Shown piece by piece: positions 42,201 through 51,327 of a stretch of DNA of 64,000 nt. The notes under the pieces are model-generated. The model was not told the origin of the DNA. It did no database searches and saw nothing but the letters and a program-made list of their open reading frames with translations. Location of the stretch: assembly GCA_965203515.1 (NCBI GenBank), contig OZ241907.1, forward strand, positions 768,001 through 832,000, written 5' to 3'. The DNA is from Spirochaetia bacterium (GTDB lineage Bacteria; Spirochaetota; Spirochaetia; SZUA-6; Bin103). The translations under genes and the position numbers were made by a program. Every line of letters begins with the position of its first letter. The stretch's first letter is position 1.

Positions 42201-45200
42201 GTAGCCGATTGATTTCGTAGTCGATTTTTTCTGATATCTTTTGGAGCCCTGCGCGTTCAGTGTCGAATTCGGTCTCAGGCTGTTCGATACGCCGCTCCAT
42301 CGCGACCAGCTGGGCAACGCAGGTGTCTCGTTCGGGGGCACTGATGTGGTCGCGGGATAACGCCATCTCGATTTTGTTTCTCGTGTCATCGATCTCGTGA
42401 CGCAGGTCTCGCTGGAGACGTTGCAGTTTGTTGTCCATGCGACGGCGTATGGTACCGGCATGCTCCAGGTCGTTGAATTCGATCCAGGCGATCATCCGAC
42501 GCGTGGTCTTGAAATCGGCGGCGACCAATCGTTTCTCCGCCGCTACGTCCAGCGCCAGCGGCGCGTCCGTAATCAAGACCTTGAGTGCCTCTAGGCCATC
42601 ACGAGCAGGCAGACCGTCGGCGCCTACGGGAATTGATGGATAGGGAAACAGCGCGGATGCAAGGAGGTCGCTCGGATCGGGCTCTTGGTCGGCTCCTATA
42701 TCCAGAAAATGGCGAAATCGATCAATGGCATATGCGGCAGTGTTCGCCGCACCGGTGAGAATGGACGGGTCACCGGTTCGCGCGATCAAGCGGAGTTCCT
42801 CGACCGCGGATGAACCGATTTGCTCGATGCTGTCACGAAGTTTCGTTAGGGCTCTGGTCTCGTAGGTCGGATGGGTCGGCTGCGATGCATTCAGGCTCAA
42901 GTGACGACGGGCGAAGTTCACCGCTCTCTGGGCGTGATCAAAGAGCTGGGTTAGCGCGCCGGCGTGTATATCCTGTCCTCGTCGACGCCCGATGACGTTA
43001 CGGTCGGTATCTCTGACGTGTCGTTGAAATTCCTTTTGATCACCTAACTTGCTGATCATTGCGCTGGGCAGGTCATTATCACTGCTGTTGGTATTGATCG
43101 ATGTGATCAAGTTGAATATGATGCCGTCTGAGGTGACCCAGCGCTTCCAGACATCTGTCGCGGGTGCATACTTCATGGTCATATACTGCGCACGCTGATG
43201 CCACTCCGCAACTTCCTTGTTGAGTTGCTCGCGTTCGTGTTTCCAGGCAGCTTCGGAACTCGCTGCTTTCAGCACGGTGGAGTCGATTCGCATTCCATAG
43301 AGGTCGTCACGGTCCTTGGCGATCGAAGTTGCGAACTTGTAGACTGTCGCCAATCGGTCGCTGGGCTTCAAGGCGGAAAGGATTCTCGATGCAAGCGGTT
43401 CTGACGAAAGCAGGGTCGGGCGCAGAGCCGCGGCAAGCGCCAGCATGACGTGCACGTCACGATCTCCGTCATCCTCATTTGCTCTATCGGGTAAGGGGAA
43501 GCGTTCAAGGGCGCGACTCAGCTCGTGAGCTATAGCACCATCAGGGATGGTGAGGTGGTCAGCCAACGATGCGGCTTTGAGAAGCACGGCTGGTGGATCG
43601 TCGTCCGTGATGCCGAGGCGGGTGCTTAAGAGACTGACTTGCGTTGCGTATGCAAGCCGAGGCGGAGATTCGTTCAACGCTTCGGTCATCCGCTCTAAGC
43701 AGAGTGGTGCCAACGGATGGCCGGAGGACATGCGTTGCGTTGGTCGCTTTACCACAGGTTGTGACGGCGGACGGCGTTCCACAGGTGTGGGGCCCGCGTC
43801 GTCATCCGCACCGGCCGTCGTTTTGTCTGGGACACTCGGAGCGGTCTCTGAGTCGACATCGGACACGTGAGAAGTGGGCGATGCTTCGACAGACTCAAGG
43901 ACAGATGTGGATGGCGGTTCGTCCTTTGAAAGGGATGGAGCAGGCCGTGATCCATTAGGATCAAGCGAGGGATCTTTGGGATGCGATGGAAGCTGGTCTA
44001 TCTTGAAAGGGGTGCCGAACGGGGAAAGCTCACTGAGAAGTTGGAGGTGTGCGCGGCGCTGATTACGTCGCGAAGCAAGGATGGTGTTGGTAAGATCGTC
44101 TCTGGCATCGTCCCAGGCATGACGCGCGGCAAGATCGTCGGGGACTTTCGTAGAAAGCGAAGCATGCTGGGCCGCTGCTGCGGACTCCTCGGCTGCAAGA
44201 CCGTGGATTCGGTCGACGGCGATAGGGACCATGTTGTTTATTCGATCGATCTCTTCACGAATCTGATCTAGCGATAGCGATTTCTGCGTCCGTTGCCAAG
44301 CATCCTGTAATCTTGCACGTTCGGCTTCGCGGAGCCATGAGAAAATCGGGTCTTGCTCCAATTTTCCAAGGAATCCGTTCACGCGCGACAGCAGGTGCTC
44401 GAATAGCAGAGGCGCGCAACGCTCTCTTACCTGCGGTTCGATATCGATGAGCTTGTGGATAACCTCCTTGATGTTGGATAAGGCGTCGACTACGGGGGGA
44501 GGGCCTGCTGCGCTGTCGGCTAGCGATCGCAGGGACTCACAGAGTTTGGCCCATTGGTGGAGGATGCTGTCTGCTGTATTGTCCGTAGCTTCGTGGGAAT
44601 CGGAGGGCTGTTCGAGTACGTCGCCGAACTCTGCCGATAGATCGGGGACTTCTGCGATGGCGGCGCGAAGTATCCGTTCATCGTCGACTATAGTGGCAAC
44701 GGCAAACACGACCAACGTGACTTCAACTCGTTTATCAAGATCAAGGGAACTCCAGTTATCGCCATTGATAAGACCTCGAATATCGCCCCATACTAATGCC
44801 GCAAAATCGGCCCACGGAATACCGTCGTTCAGGCGCTGTACGATTTCTGGCCATTCAGCAAAGACCTCTGCACATCGAGTCGAATCGGTTGGCGAGAAAT
44901 CGTAGTCATCAAGGTAGCTGCGGAGAATACGATGATCAAAAGACGGCGGAAATGTAGGCGCGTCTTTGCCGGATCGAAGTTGGGAAAATATCTCCTCCCA
45001 ATGGAGATAACGTCGAGTCTTTTCTTCATATAGTTCAAACAACAATAGTCGATCCCGGTCACTAGACTTCAAACTGCTACTCAATTTTTTCTTAGGAAAA
45101 GAGTCGATCTTTTTCTTGGAGTGATCCAGCAAGGTTCTGCATGAGCTCCGATTGAGACCGAGACTGCTTTTCAGACGATCGAAACCATCGGCGTCACGTG

Positions 45201-45252
45201 ATATGCAACGTGGGAGGCCGTCGCCGATTTGATAGAGATTGTCGTTTTCCAT
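39235..45252 (-). CDS. Giant (2005 aa) STAND-like NTPase
   Basis: PY...FYGRE, GGRQLGKT (41257-41280), LLLLLDEAD, VVFAG, TNYYPHLIQ; AAGGAG RBS upstream of ATG 45252. Confidence 0.85.
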   Translation of the reverse strand: MENDNLYQIGDGLPRCISRDADGFDRLKSSLGLNRSSCRTLLDHSKKKIDSFPKKKLSSSLKSSDRDRLLLFELYEEKTRRYLHWEEIFSQLRSGKDAPTFPPSFDHRILRSYLDDYDFSPTDSTRCAEVFAEWPEIVQRLNDGIPWADFAALVWGDIRGLINGDNWSSLDLDKRVEVTLVVFAVATIVDDERILRAAIAEVPDLSAEFGDVLEQPSDSHEATDNTADSILHQWAKLCESLRSLADSAAGPPPVVDALSNIKEVIHKLIDIEPQVRERCAPLLFEHLLSRVNGFLGKLEQDPIFSWLREAERARLQDAWQRTQKSLSLDQIREEIDRINNMVPIAVDRIHGLAAEESAAAAQHASLSTKVPDDLAARHAWDDARDDLTNTILASRRNQRRAHLQLLSELSPFGTPFKIDQLPSHPKDPSLDPNGSRPAPSLSKDEPPSTSVLESVEASPTSHVSDVDSETAPSVPDKTTAGADDDAGPTPVERRPPSQPVVKRPTQRMSSGHPLAPLCLERMTEALNESPPRLAYATQVSLLSTRLGITDDDPPAVLLKAASLADHLTIPDGAIAHELSRALERFPLPDRANEDDGDRDVHVMLALAAALRPTLLSSEPLASRILSALKPSDRLATVYKFATSIAKDRDDLYGMRIDSTVLKAASSEAAWKHEREQLNKEVAEWHQRAQYMTMKYAPATDVWKRWVTSDGIIFNLITSINTNSSDNDLPSAMISKLGDQKEFQRHVRDTDRNVIGRRRGQDIHAGALTQLFDHAQRAVNFARRHLSLNASQPTHPTYETRALTKLRDSIEQIGSSAVEELRLIARTGDPSILTGAANTAAYAIDRFRHFLDIGADQEPDPSDLLASALFPYPSIPVGADGLPARDGLEALKVLITDAPLALDVAAEKRLVAADFKTTRRMIAWIEFNDLEHAGTIRRRMDNKLQRLQRDLRHEIDDTRNKIEMALSRDHISAPERDTCVAQLVAMERRIEQPETEFDTERAGLQKISEKIDYEINRLQKKIKNRLQRSEIPPDSSRYATILDAIGRGDIITANELIDQRDATDAASAGERNSRRQPFSDFYPKRSEAIREAIESQSPGLIIQQIATADELGGMTLTAVPHERRKSAKRMLTAWYDLNRAGRLRDSAGEEIETLFSEIGFIVRHVQLTRRDDRDIGESILETEPLDRRERCPIPEFGSSANGKYRILFLWKSPTEEDILQHAGNSGRRGATIVLYFGVLNKSRRAELARLARERGRSLLIVDDLLLLYLCGETGSRVPILFACSLPFTYVQPYVTTAGLVPPEMFYGREPEMQEIEDRNESCFIYGGRQLGKTALLRAVENRYHRPADGFYAVWIDLKREGVGYDQGYDQGVDGIWSAIWRALSKELEIPADVKVPNPNIPNIKGRIDAFHKFLVDHFNKESGRRLLLLLDEADKFLEVDGTRQVRGGPGSEYRVSTRLKGLMDGTDRSIKVVFAGLHNVLRTAESSNHPLGHFGTPVQIGPLWRDAHALIREPLAAAGYTLENNLITRILARTNYYPHLIQIYGSALVKSMAKRVSEIPPYDIPEELIDATYSINTNLREDFRQRFRLTLQLDPRYEVIAYTVAWECNQHDAVLFEGLDYRKIDEDSRVWWPKGFEDVEPRTDRFRSLLDEMEGLGVLRKVGEHRYTLRNPNVLMLMGTAEEIEENLFRPREVPQEVDSRTFRAHDPKGTDSPSRNPLTYQQEGSLRVMKNGVSIVCGLPASGYDDVLRFLNRKKTDPIIQLEHSTNHDEFEEVLVRHFDRRPEGTTIYVISATIPWSKRWVETALERVRGLDLRGRRDKSVRVLFMADAARLLKLHIAREALDDLNLKRLEWVPLRPWRESFLLQWIDDLGFPDAAEKCPKIVQHTGGWWALLQQLYYLVKEAGNFDEGLERLDTELRDSTSFQHLEKQFCLDCLGSRRDVLCDLAHLKAADFADLRTFAEDRDVDKDTLMSILRWAELLHVVRRNGTTWEIDGVVGRLLTASK

Positions 45253-45587
45253 CAAGGACTCCTTACAGATGCGTCAAAGTCAGCCGCCTAAACGCTTGTG
45301 GAGACGTGCAGAGACTGTTGGGCTCTCGCCCGGTTGCCGTCGGTCTGACGAACATGCCGCGGTCCCGGCAGCCGGGGTTGATGCTGAGGTCGTCTTCCGG
45401 AGCAGTTTACCCGGTTGGCGTCGGCGGCGATCATGACATCGCATTGCTTCATCCTGGATCGCGCGGTACCGCCCAGGCCGATGATCGCTGATCTGATCAT
45501 GGTTCCCACCATAGAGGTAATCCTGCGTCCGATCAAGCCTTCGCCGTGTCGGCGAGGGCGTCGACCGAACAGGAGTGCGCCGGTGCC

Positions 45588-45796
45588 CTGTGACGCGCCG
45601 CTGCTCGCACGGGACGCCTTCCGCACCGGCCGGTGGGAGCTGGTGTTCCATATGGGCGAGTACTTCACCGGCGCGGGCGTGGCGTTACCTGATTCGCCGT
45701 TCCTGGATCAGGTCTCGATCCGTCGCCGCTGACACCCACTACCACGTGCCCCTGCTGGTCTCACCCTGGAGCTACACCACCTACCGCGGCAGCTGA
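45588..45796 (+). pseudogene. uraH: Degenerate duplicate of the 3' part of uraH
   Basis: CDAPLLARDAFRTGRWELVFHMGEYF...PFLDQVSIR / HYHVPLLVSPWSYTTYRGS; aligns by eye with 32105-32321, with an indel near 45723 and no 5' end. Confidence 0.92.
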
Positions 45797-45843
45797 CGCG
45801 ACCGCAACGACGAGCAGCCTGGGACCACCGTCCCGTGTGAGGC

Positions 45844-46908
45844 TCAACCATCCGCGGGTCGGGGGCGATGATCTGACCGTGTGCGGAACTCACGGAGGCG
45901 GGTGTGCTCCACCAGTTGCCGGATATTCTGCAGCGTGAAGACCTTGCCTCGGGTGGCGAGCAACAGCTTGCGCATGTCTTCGCGGCGTACGCCAAAGCCC
46001 CGGCCGGCGATGCAGGCGACTACTTCGAATGCCGGCTGATCGGAAGGTCGGCCTTCGGCGCCGAGCGAGGCCAGGTGCTGGACGCGCGTGACTTTGTCGC
46101 GTGCCGTACCGTCGTCTTCGGTGAGCTTGGCCTCGATCACGATCTGCGGATTGAACTCGTTGGGGACGACGAAATCGGGAGCCTGATCGAATCCCGGCAG
46201 CCGCTCCGCTCGTCCGGTCTTGCGAAAGCTGATCCCGGCGCGGCTCAGCACGTCTTCGATGGCGCTCTCAACCAGGTTTCCGACCAGTTCACTCACGGAA
46301 TCGCGGTGAGCGGCAAACGGCCGGCCCAGGAAACGCTCATACAACAGCATGGAATAGGGGACACCCAAGTCCGCCATCGAGCGGACACCGGAAAGTCCCT
46401 CTCTGGTATCGGCCTTGTCGAATCGGTGGAGGCTGTCGTGAGGAACGTCCACCGGCACTCCGGATTCAAGAAGATGACAGGCGGCGGCGACCAGTGCCCG
46501 GACTCGGTCTTCGGTCACCGTTCCTCGCCCCGTAAGAGCTGCTCCCGGGTTTATTCGGACTGCGCGGTCAATGGTTCGCGCCGCGCTCTGGGTGATCTCG
46601 ACGCCGGTGTAGCCCGTCGCGTAAGCGGCCCACTCAGAGGGAGTGAAGCCGAGAATGCAGCGCAGCACCAACAGCGTCACCGGCACTTCGAATATCGCTC
46701 GCGTGACCGTCTCCGGAGTGACGACCCGGAAACCCGCGGTGGCCCGCTTCAACGTCTCGTAGCCTGCTTCGAACGTGTTGAACTCCACGAATCCCTTGCC
46801 GCGGGGCATCAGCATGAACTCGGAATGGAGAGCGCCGAACACCGCGTCCACGTAAGCATCCGGATCAGCCCGAATCTCCGCGAAGCTGACCTCAAAAGGG
46901 AACGGCAT
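45844..46908 (-). CDS. Putative type II restriction endonuclease (PD-(D/E)XK)
   Basis: GNLVESAIE...QAPDFVVP...VIEAKLTEDDGTARDK; overlaps the end of the methyltransferase gene; ATG 46908. Confidence 0.75.
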   Translation of the reverse strand: MPFPFEVSFAEIRADPDAYVDAVFGALHSEFMLMPRGKGFVEFNTFEAGYETLKRATAGFRVVTPETVTRAIFEVPVTLLVLRCILGFTPSEWAAYATGYTGVEITQSAARTIDRAVRINPGAALTGRGTVTEDRVRALVAAACHLLESGVPVDVPHDSLHRFDKADTREGLSGVRSMADLGVPYSMLLYERFLGRPFAAHRDSVSELVGNLVESAIEDVLSRAGISFRKTGRAERLPGFDQAPDFVVPNEFNPQIVIEAKLTEDDGTARDKVTRVQHLASLGAEGRPSDQPAFEVVACIAGRGFGVRREDMRKLLLATRGKVFTLQNIRQLVEHTRLREFRTRSDHRPRPADG

Positions 46909-49075
46909 ACTGATCTTCCTGGTCGTGTAGCGCCGCGGCGAAGAGCGGCCCCGGCGACGCAGCGGCCGGCAGCACGGCTGCAATGATCGCCTCCGGGGCG
47001 CCCATGTGGGCAACGGCTGCCGCGAACGTGGCCGCCTTCTGCGCGGTGGGCAGGTTCACGTCCCAACTGCGCCGCAGGTTCCACGCCGCCATGCGGGTCA
47101 GATGACCAAAGACCATGCACCGGGTATCGCCGCGAGTAGGCGTGCGGCCTGCAGCCTCCAGCAACGTGATGTCTTTGGCAACGAGGGCCGCGACCTCCTC
47201 CGAGGTGCCGGCCAGCCAGCGGCGCGGCACCGTACCGGTAGCGCGGCATACGAACACGGTGTCGATGATCGACGATCCGGTGCCGTGGATGTGGATCGAG
47301 CCGCCCATTTCGGCCGGGCATGGCAGCGACGCCGAACAGACCAGCCCGGCATCGAGAATCGCGATTCCGACCGCGTAGTAGGCTTCCAGCTTGTTGTGAT
47401 GGAACGTGAACGCCAGCGGCGCACCCGGCTTCAAGGCGCGGGCCATGCGCGTGTAGACGCCGGCAAGTCCTTCGGTGAAATGATCGAGGCCGCGTTGCCC
47501 GGTGGCGTTCCCGGTCAGCTCTCGCGGTGACCGCGTGGAACGGCGGTCGAAGCCATCGGCTCGGTTGCCGGCCAGCCGGCGAAGCCATACGTAGCAGAAG
47601 TCCATCAGCTCGCCGTACTGGACGTTGCCGAAGTAGGGCGGATCCGTGAACACGGCATCGAGGCTGCGGGCCGGAAGTTCCACCTGCGTTGCGTCGGCGC
47701 AACGAATGCCCACCGCCCGCCGCCGGCCGTCGCGCTGCTCGCCGATCCACTCACCGGTAATCGGCACCTGCAGGTTGCGCGCGCCGTTGCGGCGCACCTC
47801 GAACGGCGCGGCGCAATAGCGTTTCGCCTTGGCGTACTTGTCGATGATGTTGGTCCAACCGCCGGAGCCGACGTTTGCCCCGTTCTCGCCGGTGATCCCG
47901 AGCAGGTTGGACTCGCACTGGATCAATCCTACCGGGAAGCCATGGACGGAAAAGATGTCCAGCGCCTTGAGCGCCATGGGATCGTAGCGGCAGAGCAGGT
48001 TCTGATAGCGCAACAGATCGGACAGATTGGTTGCCAGCGCGCGGTGCAACCGCCGGTCCTCGACCTGGGAAACGAGGCGGCAACTCAGCTCCAGACCGAG
48101 AAGCTGGCGCCCGTTGAACAGGTCGCGGTAGCGGGTGTATCCCCAGCGGTGCAGGCGGCCGGTCTCGTCGCCCGGCGGGATCGCGTCGTCGGGGACGAAG
48201 CGCGGCGCAAGCCGCCGCCAGCGTTCGCCGGCCGCGTTCGCGCGCGCCAGGTCGTCCGCGTCGGGCCGCTTGAAGAAGCGTCCCCGATGCTCTCCCTTCC
48301 GCCGGTGATTGTGGTATTCGATGGCGAACAGGCGATGCTGCAAGGGGCGGCCGGACTTGCCCGGATAGGGGTTCGGATGCCCGCAACGGGGGCAGTCGCA
48401 GCGGCCTCTGCGTGCCGGCCCCGGCACCCGGAGCGCACGGCCGCAGGCAGCGCATCCCCCTGGGTCGTCGCGGTCCGCTGCCTCGTTGAGATCGCCGCAC
48501 GCGGCGCAGACGAGCACGTTGGTCGGGTGGCGCCGGTTTGCCGCCAGCAGGTATCCGGGGAACAGATCGATCGATTCGCCGCACCCCGCGCAGGCGAGCG
48601 TCTTGACCCACAGGAACGACTTCACCGGCACCTCGGCGTCGCCGTAACGCGGGCAGAAGGTGCGGTAGTACGGCCCGATCTCGCCGCGCAGCGTGTCGAC
48701 CAGGCTCCCGGCGGCCCGTCCGTACGCGGCCAGATCGAGATGGTCGATCTCCTCGCGTACGATCCAGGCGGCCATCGGATTGACGTCGAATCCCTGCACG
48801 TCGCAGCCGAGTCGATTCGCCTCGATCAGGGGCGTGCCGCCGCCCATGAACGGGTCGGCGATGCGCCGGCCGAGCAAGTCATTGCCGGCAAAGAACGTGT
48901 CTTGCAATGGGCCGGTTCCGAATTCGGCCAGCAGGAGGCCGCGGAACAGCGTGCCGGGACGGCGCGCAAACCACTTGTGAACGCCGATGACCGGACGGTA
49001 GTTCTGCTGTATCTGCTTCTCCCGCAGCGCCAGGCCGGCGATCATGGGAACGTCGAAGTCGCGTTCGATGCTCAT
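46892..49075 (-). CDS. Zn-ribbon-containing amino-DNA methyltransferase (DUF1156/COG1743-like)
   Basis: HKWFARRP, DPFMGGG (motif I), several CxxC pairs, TDPPY (motif IV); ATG 49075. Confidence 0.9.
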   Translation of the reverse strand: MSIERDFDVPMIAGLALREKQIQQNYRPVIGVHKWFARRPGTLFRGLLLAEFGTGPLQDTFFAGNDLLGRRIADPFMGGGTPLIEANRLGCDVQGFDVNPMAAWIVREEIDHLDLAAYGRAAGSLVDTLRGEIGPYYRTFCPRYGDAEVPVKSFLWVKTLACAGCGESIDLFPGYLLAANRRHPTNVLVCAACGDLNEAADRDDPGGCAACGRALRVPGPARRGRCDCPRCGHPNPYPGKSGRPLQHRLFAIEYHNHRRKGEHRGRFFKRPDADDLARANAAGERWRRLAPRFVPDDAIPPGDETGRLHRWGYTRYRDLFNGRQLLGLELSCRLVSQVEDRRLHRALATNLSDLLRYQNLLCRYDPMALKALDIFSVHGFPVGLIQCESNLLGITGENGANVGSGGWTNIIDKYAKAKRYCAAPFEVRRNGARNLQVPITGEWIGEQRDGRRRAVGIRCADATQVELPARSLDAVFTDPPYFGNVQYGELMDFCYVWLRRLAGNRADGFDRRSTRSPRELTGNATGQRGLDHFTEGLAGVYTRMARALKPGAPLAFTFHHNKLEAYYAVGIAILDAGLVCSASLPCPAEMGGSIHIHGTGSSIIDTVFVCRATGTVPRRWLAGTSEEVAALVAKDITLLEAAGRTPTRGDTRCMVFGHLTRMAAWNLRRSWDVNLPTAQKAATFAAAVAHMGAPEAIIAAVLPAAASPGPLFAAALHDQEDQYAVPF

Positions 49076-51327
49076 CCGGGGTGCAGGTCGAGCAGTACGC
49101 GTTCCGGGGTCATGGGGGCGTCGAGGCGGAGGTCGGCGCCGGGGCGGAACGCCTTCATCGCGTTGCGGATGGCGAAGAACAGGCCGATGCCGTACATCAG
49201 GGGCGGCTCGCCGACCGCCTTGGCGCCGAGCGGACCGTAGGGGTTGCGCTCCGGTTCCAGGAACTTGACCGCCATGTCGTCCGGCATGAAGTAGACGTCC
49301 GGCGCCTTGTAGGTCGACAGCGCGTGGGAGAGGCAGCGGCCTTCCCGGTCCCACTGCAGGTCCTCCAGCGTCATCCAGCCCATGCCTTGCGCCAGCCCGC
49401 CTTCGACCTGGCCGCGGTCGACGCTCGGATTGATGGAGCGGCCCAGGTCGTGGACGATCTTCACCTGATCCACGGCGCAGGTGCCGCGCAGGCAGTCGAC
49501 GGTCACCTCGAACACGGCGGCGCCGTAGACGTGGTAGGCGAACGGCCGCCCGCGCTCGCGCTCCTCGTCGTAGTGGAGGCCGGGCGTGGCGTAGTAGCCG
49601 TGCGCCGACAGCCGCCGGCGCGCGCGGTAGGTGAGGCCCACCAGGTCCTCCCAACTCATGCCGGCCGGCTCGCCGGCCACGCGCACCCGCTCGCCGGCGA
49701 TGGTCACCGCGCCCGGTTCCGCGGCGCCCAGCTCCCCGGCCGCCACCTCCCGCATGCCCCGGAGAATCGTCTCGACGGCGATGGCCGCGGCGTTGCCGTT
49801 CAGGTCGGTAGTGGCGCTGGCGGCGCTCGGCGACATGTTGGCGATCCGCGTGGTGTTGGTGCTCTCGACCCGCACCCGCCGCGGCTCGATGCCGAAGGTG
49901 CGCGCCACCACCGCGGCGACGTTGCTGCTGATGCCCTGCCCCATCTCGATGCCGCCGGTGGTCACGCTCACGCTGCCGTCGGCGTAGACGTGGACCAGCG
50001 CGTTGCCCTGATTGAGGTGGCTCTTGGTGAAGGAGATGCCGAAGCAGACCGGCATCAGCGCGCAGCCCTTCTTGACCGCGAAGTTGGCGCGGTTGAACGC
50101 CGCCGCCCGCTGCCGGATCGCATCGACCGCGAAGGTTTCCGTCAGCTCGTCCCAGGTCCGCTCGGCGCGGCTCGCCTCCACCCGCTGGCCGTAATGGAAC
50201 CGGTCGCCGTCGCGCAGCAGGTTGGCGCGCTGGATCGCCGCCGCCTCGATCCCCAGCGCGTCGGCGGCCTTGTTGATCGCGGCCTCGATCACGAACATCC
50301 CCTGCGGCCCGCCGAAGCCGCGAAAGGCGGTGTGCGGCTGCAGGTTGGTGCGGCACGGCGCCGCGGTCACCCGCACGTTGGGGATGAAGTAGGCGTTGGT
50401 AGCGTGGAACAGCGTGCGCGCCAGCACCGGCGGGGAGAGGTCGGCGAACGCCCCGGAGTTCTGATAGAAGGTCGCCTCGTAGGCGAGGATCTTGCGGTCC
50501 GCGGTCAGGCCGATCTTGAAGTCGGCGGAGTAGGGATGGCGCTTGCCGGTCATCCTGATGTCGTCCGGCCGGTTCAGCACCAGCTCCACCGGCGCGTCCA
50601 GGTGCGCGGCGGCCAGCGCCGCCATCGCCGCCCAGTGGGTGGCCTGGTCCTCCTTGCCGCCGAAGCCGCCGCCGAGCCGCTTCACGTCGACCTCCACCTT
50701 ATGCATCGGCTTGCCGAGCACGGCCGCGGTCACGTGCTGCACCGCGGCCGGTCCCTGGGTGGAGGAGAAGACCCGGATCGCGCCGTCTTCCAGGGGGACC
50801 GCGCGGCAGCGCTGCGTCTCCAGGTAGAGATGCTCCTGGCCGCCGATCTCGCAGCGCCCCTCCGCCACCAGCGCGCATTCCTGCCAAGCGCCGGCCACGT
50901 CGCCCATCGCCATGGTGCGCGGCGGATGGATCAGGTCGCCGCGCGCGAACGCCGCGCGCGGGTCGACCACCACCGGCAGGTCGTCGATCTCGACCTCGAT
51001 CAGGTCGCGCGCCTGCCGCGCCCGGTGCGCGCTGCGGGCGACCACGACGGCGATGGGATGGCCGATGAAGCAGACTTCGCGCTCCACCAGCAACTGCTCG
51101 TCCTCGATGATCGGGCCGAAGCGGTTGACGCCGGGGATGTCGGCCGCGGTGAGCACCGCCGCCACGCCGGGGGCCGCGCGCGCGCGGTCGGCGGCGAGCC
51201 GGGTGATGACGCCGTGCGCCTTGGGGGAGCCGAACACCGCGGCGTGCAGCATCCCCGGCGGCGGCGGCGCGTCGTCCACGTACTGCGATTCGCCGCGCAC
51301 GTGCAGATGCGAGTCGACATGCGTCAC
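49072..51327 (-). CDS. xdhB: Xanthine dehydrogenase molybdopterin-binding subunit
   Basis: GGQEHLYLETQ, RLGGGFGGKE, AFRGFGGPQG, EMGQG, GQVEGG, KAVGEPP; GTG 51327. Confidence 0.95.
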   Translation of the reverse strand: MTHVDSHLHVRGESQYVDDAPPPPGMLHAAVFGSPKAHGVITRLAADRARAAPGVAAVLTAADIPGVNRFGPIIEDEQLLVEREVCFIGHPIAVVVARSAHRARQARDLIEVEIDDLPVVVDPRAAFARGDLIHPPRTMAMGDVAGAWQECALVAEGRCEIGGQEHLYLETQRCRAVPLEDGAIRVFSSTQGPAAVQHVTAAVLGKPMHKVEVDVKRLGGGFGGKEDQATHWAAMAALAAAHLDAPVELVLNRPDDIRMTGKRHPYSADFKIGLTADRKILAYEATFYQNSGAFADLSPPVLARTLFHATNAYFIPNVRVTAAPCRTNLQPHTAFRGFGGPQGMFVIEAAINKAADALGIEAAAIQRANLLRDGDRFHYGQRVEASRAERTWDELTETFAVDAIRQRAAAFNRANFAVKKGCALMPVCFGISFTKSHLNQGNALVHVYADGSVSVTTGGIEMGQGISSNVAAVVARTFGIEPRRVRVESTNTTRIANMSPSAASATTDLNGNAAAIAVETILRGMREVAAGELGAAEPGAVTIAGERVRVAGEPAGMSWEDLVGLTYRARRRLSAHGYYATPGLHYDEERERGRPFAYHVYGAAVFEVTVDCLRGTCAVDQVKIVHDLGRSINPSVDRGQVEGGLAQGMGWMTLEDLQWDREGRCLSHALSTYKAPDVYFMPDDMAVKFLEPERNPYGPLGAKAVGEPPLMYGIGLFFAIRNAMKAFRPGADLRLDAPMTPERVLLDLHPG

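Noticed and set aside
45288..45500. MIRSAIIGLGG... fragment resembling a Gfo/Idh/MocA oxidoreductase N-terminus
   Set aside because: Similarity fades after ~30 codons; too weak to annotate without a search.
32322..49075. Prophage, ICE or integron as carrier of the island
   Set aside because: No integrase, phage structural or conjugation genes, attC-like sites or tRNA target seen.
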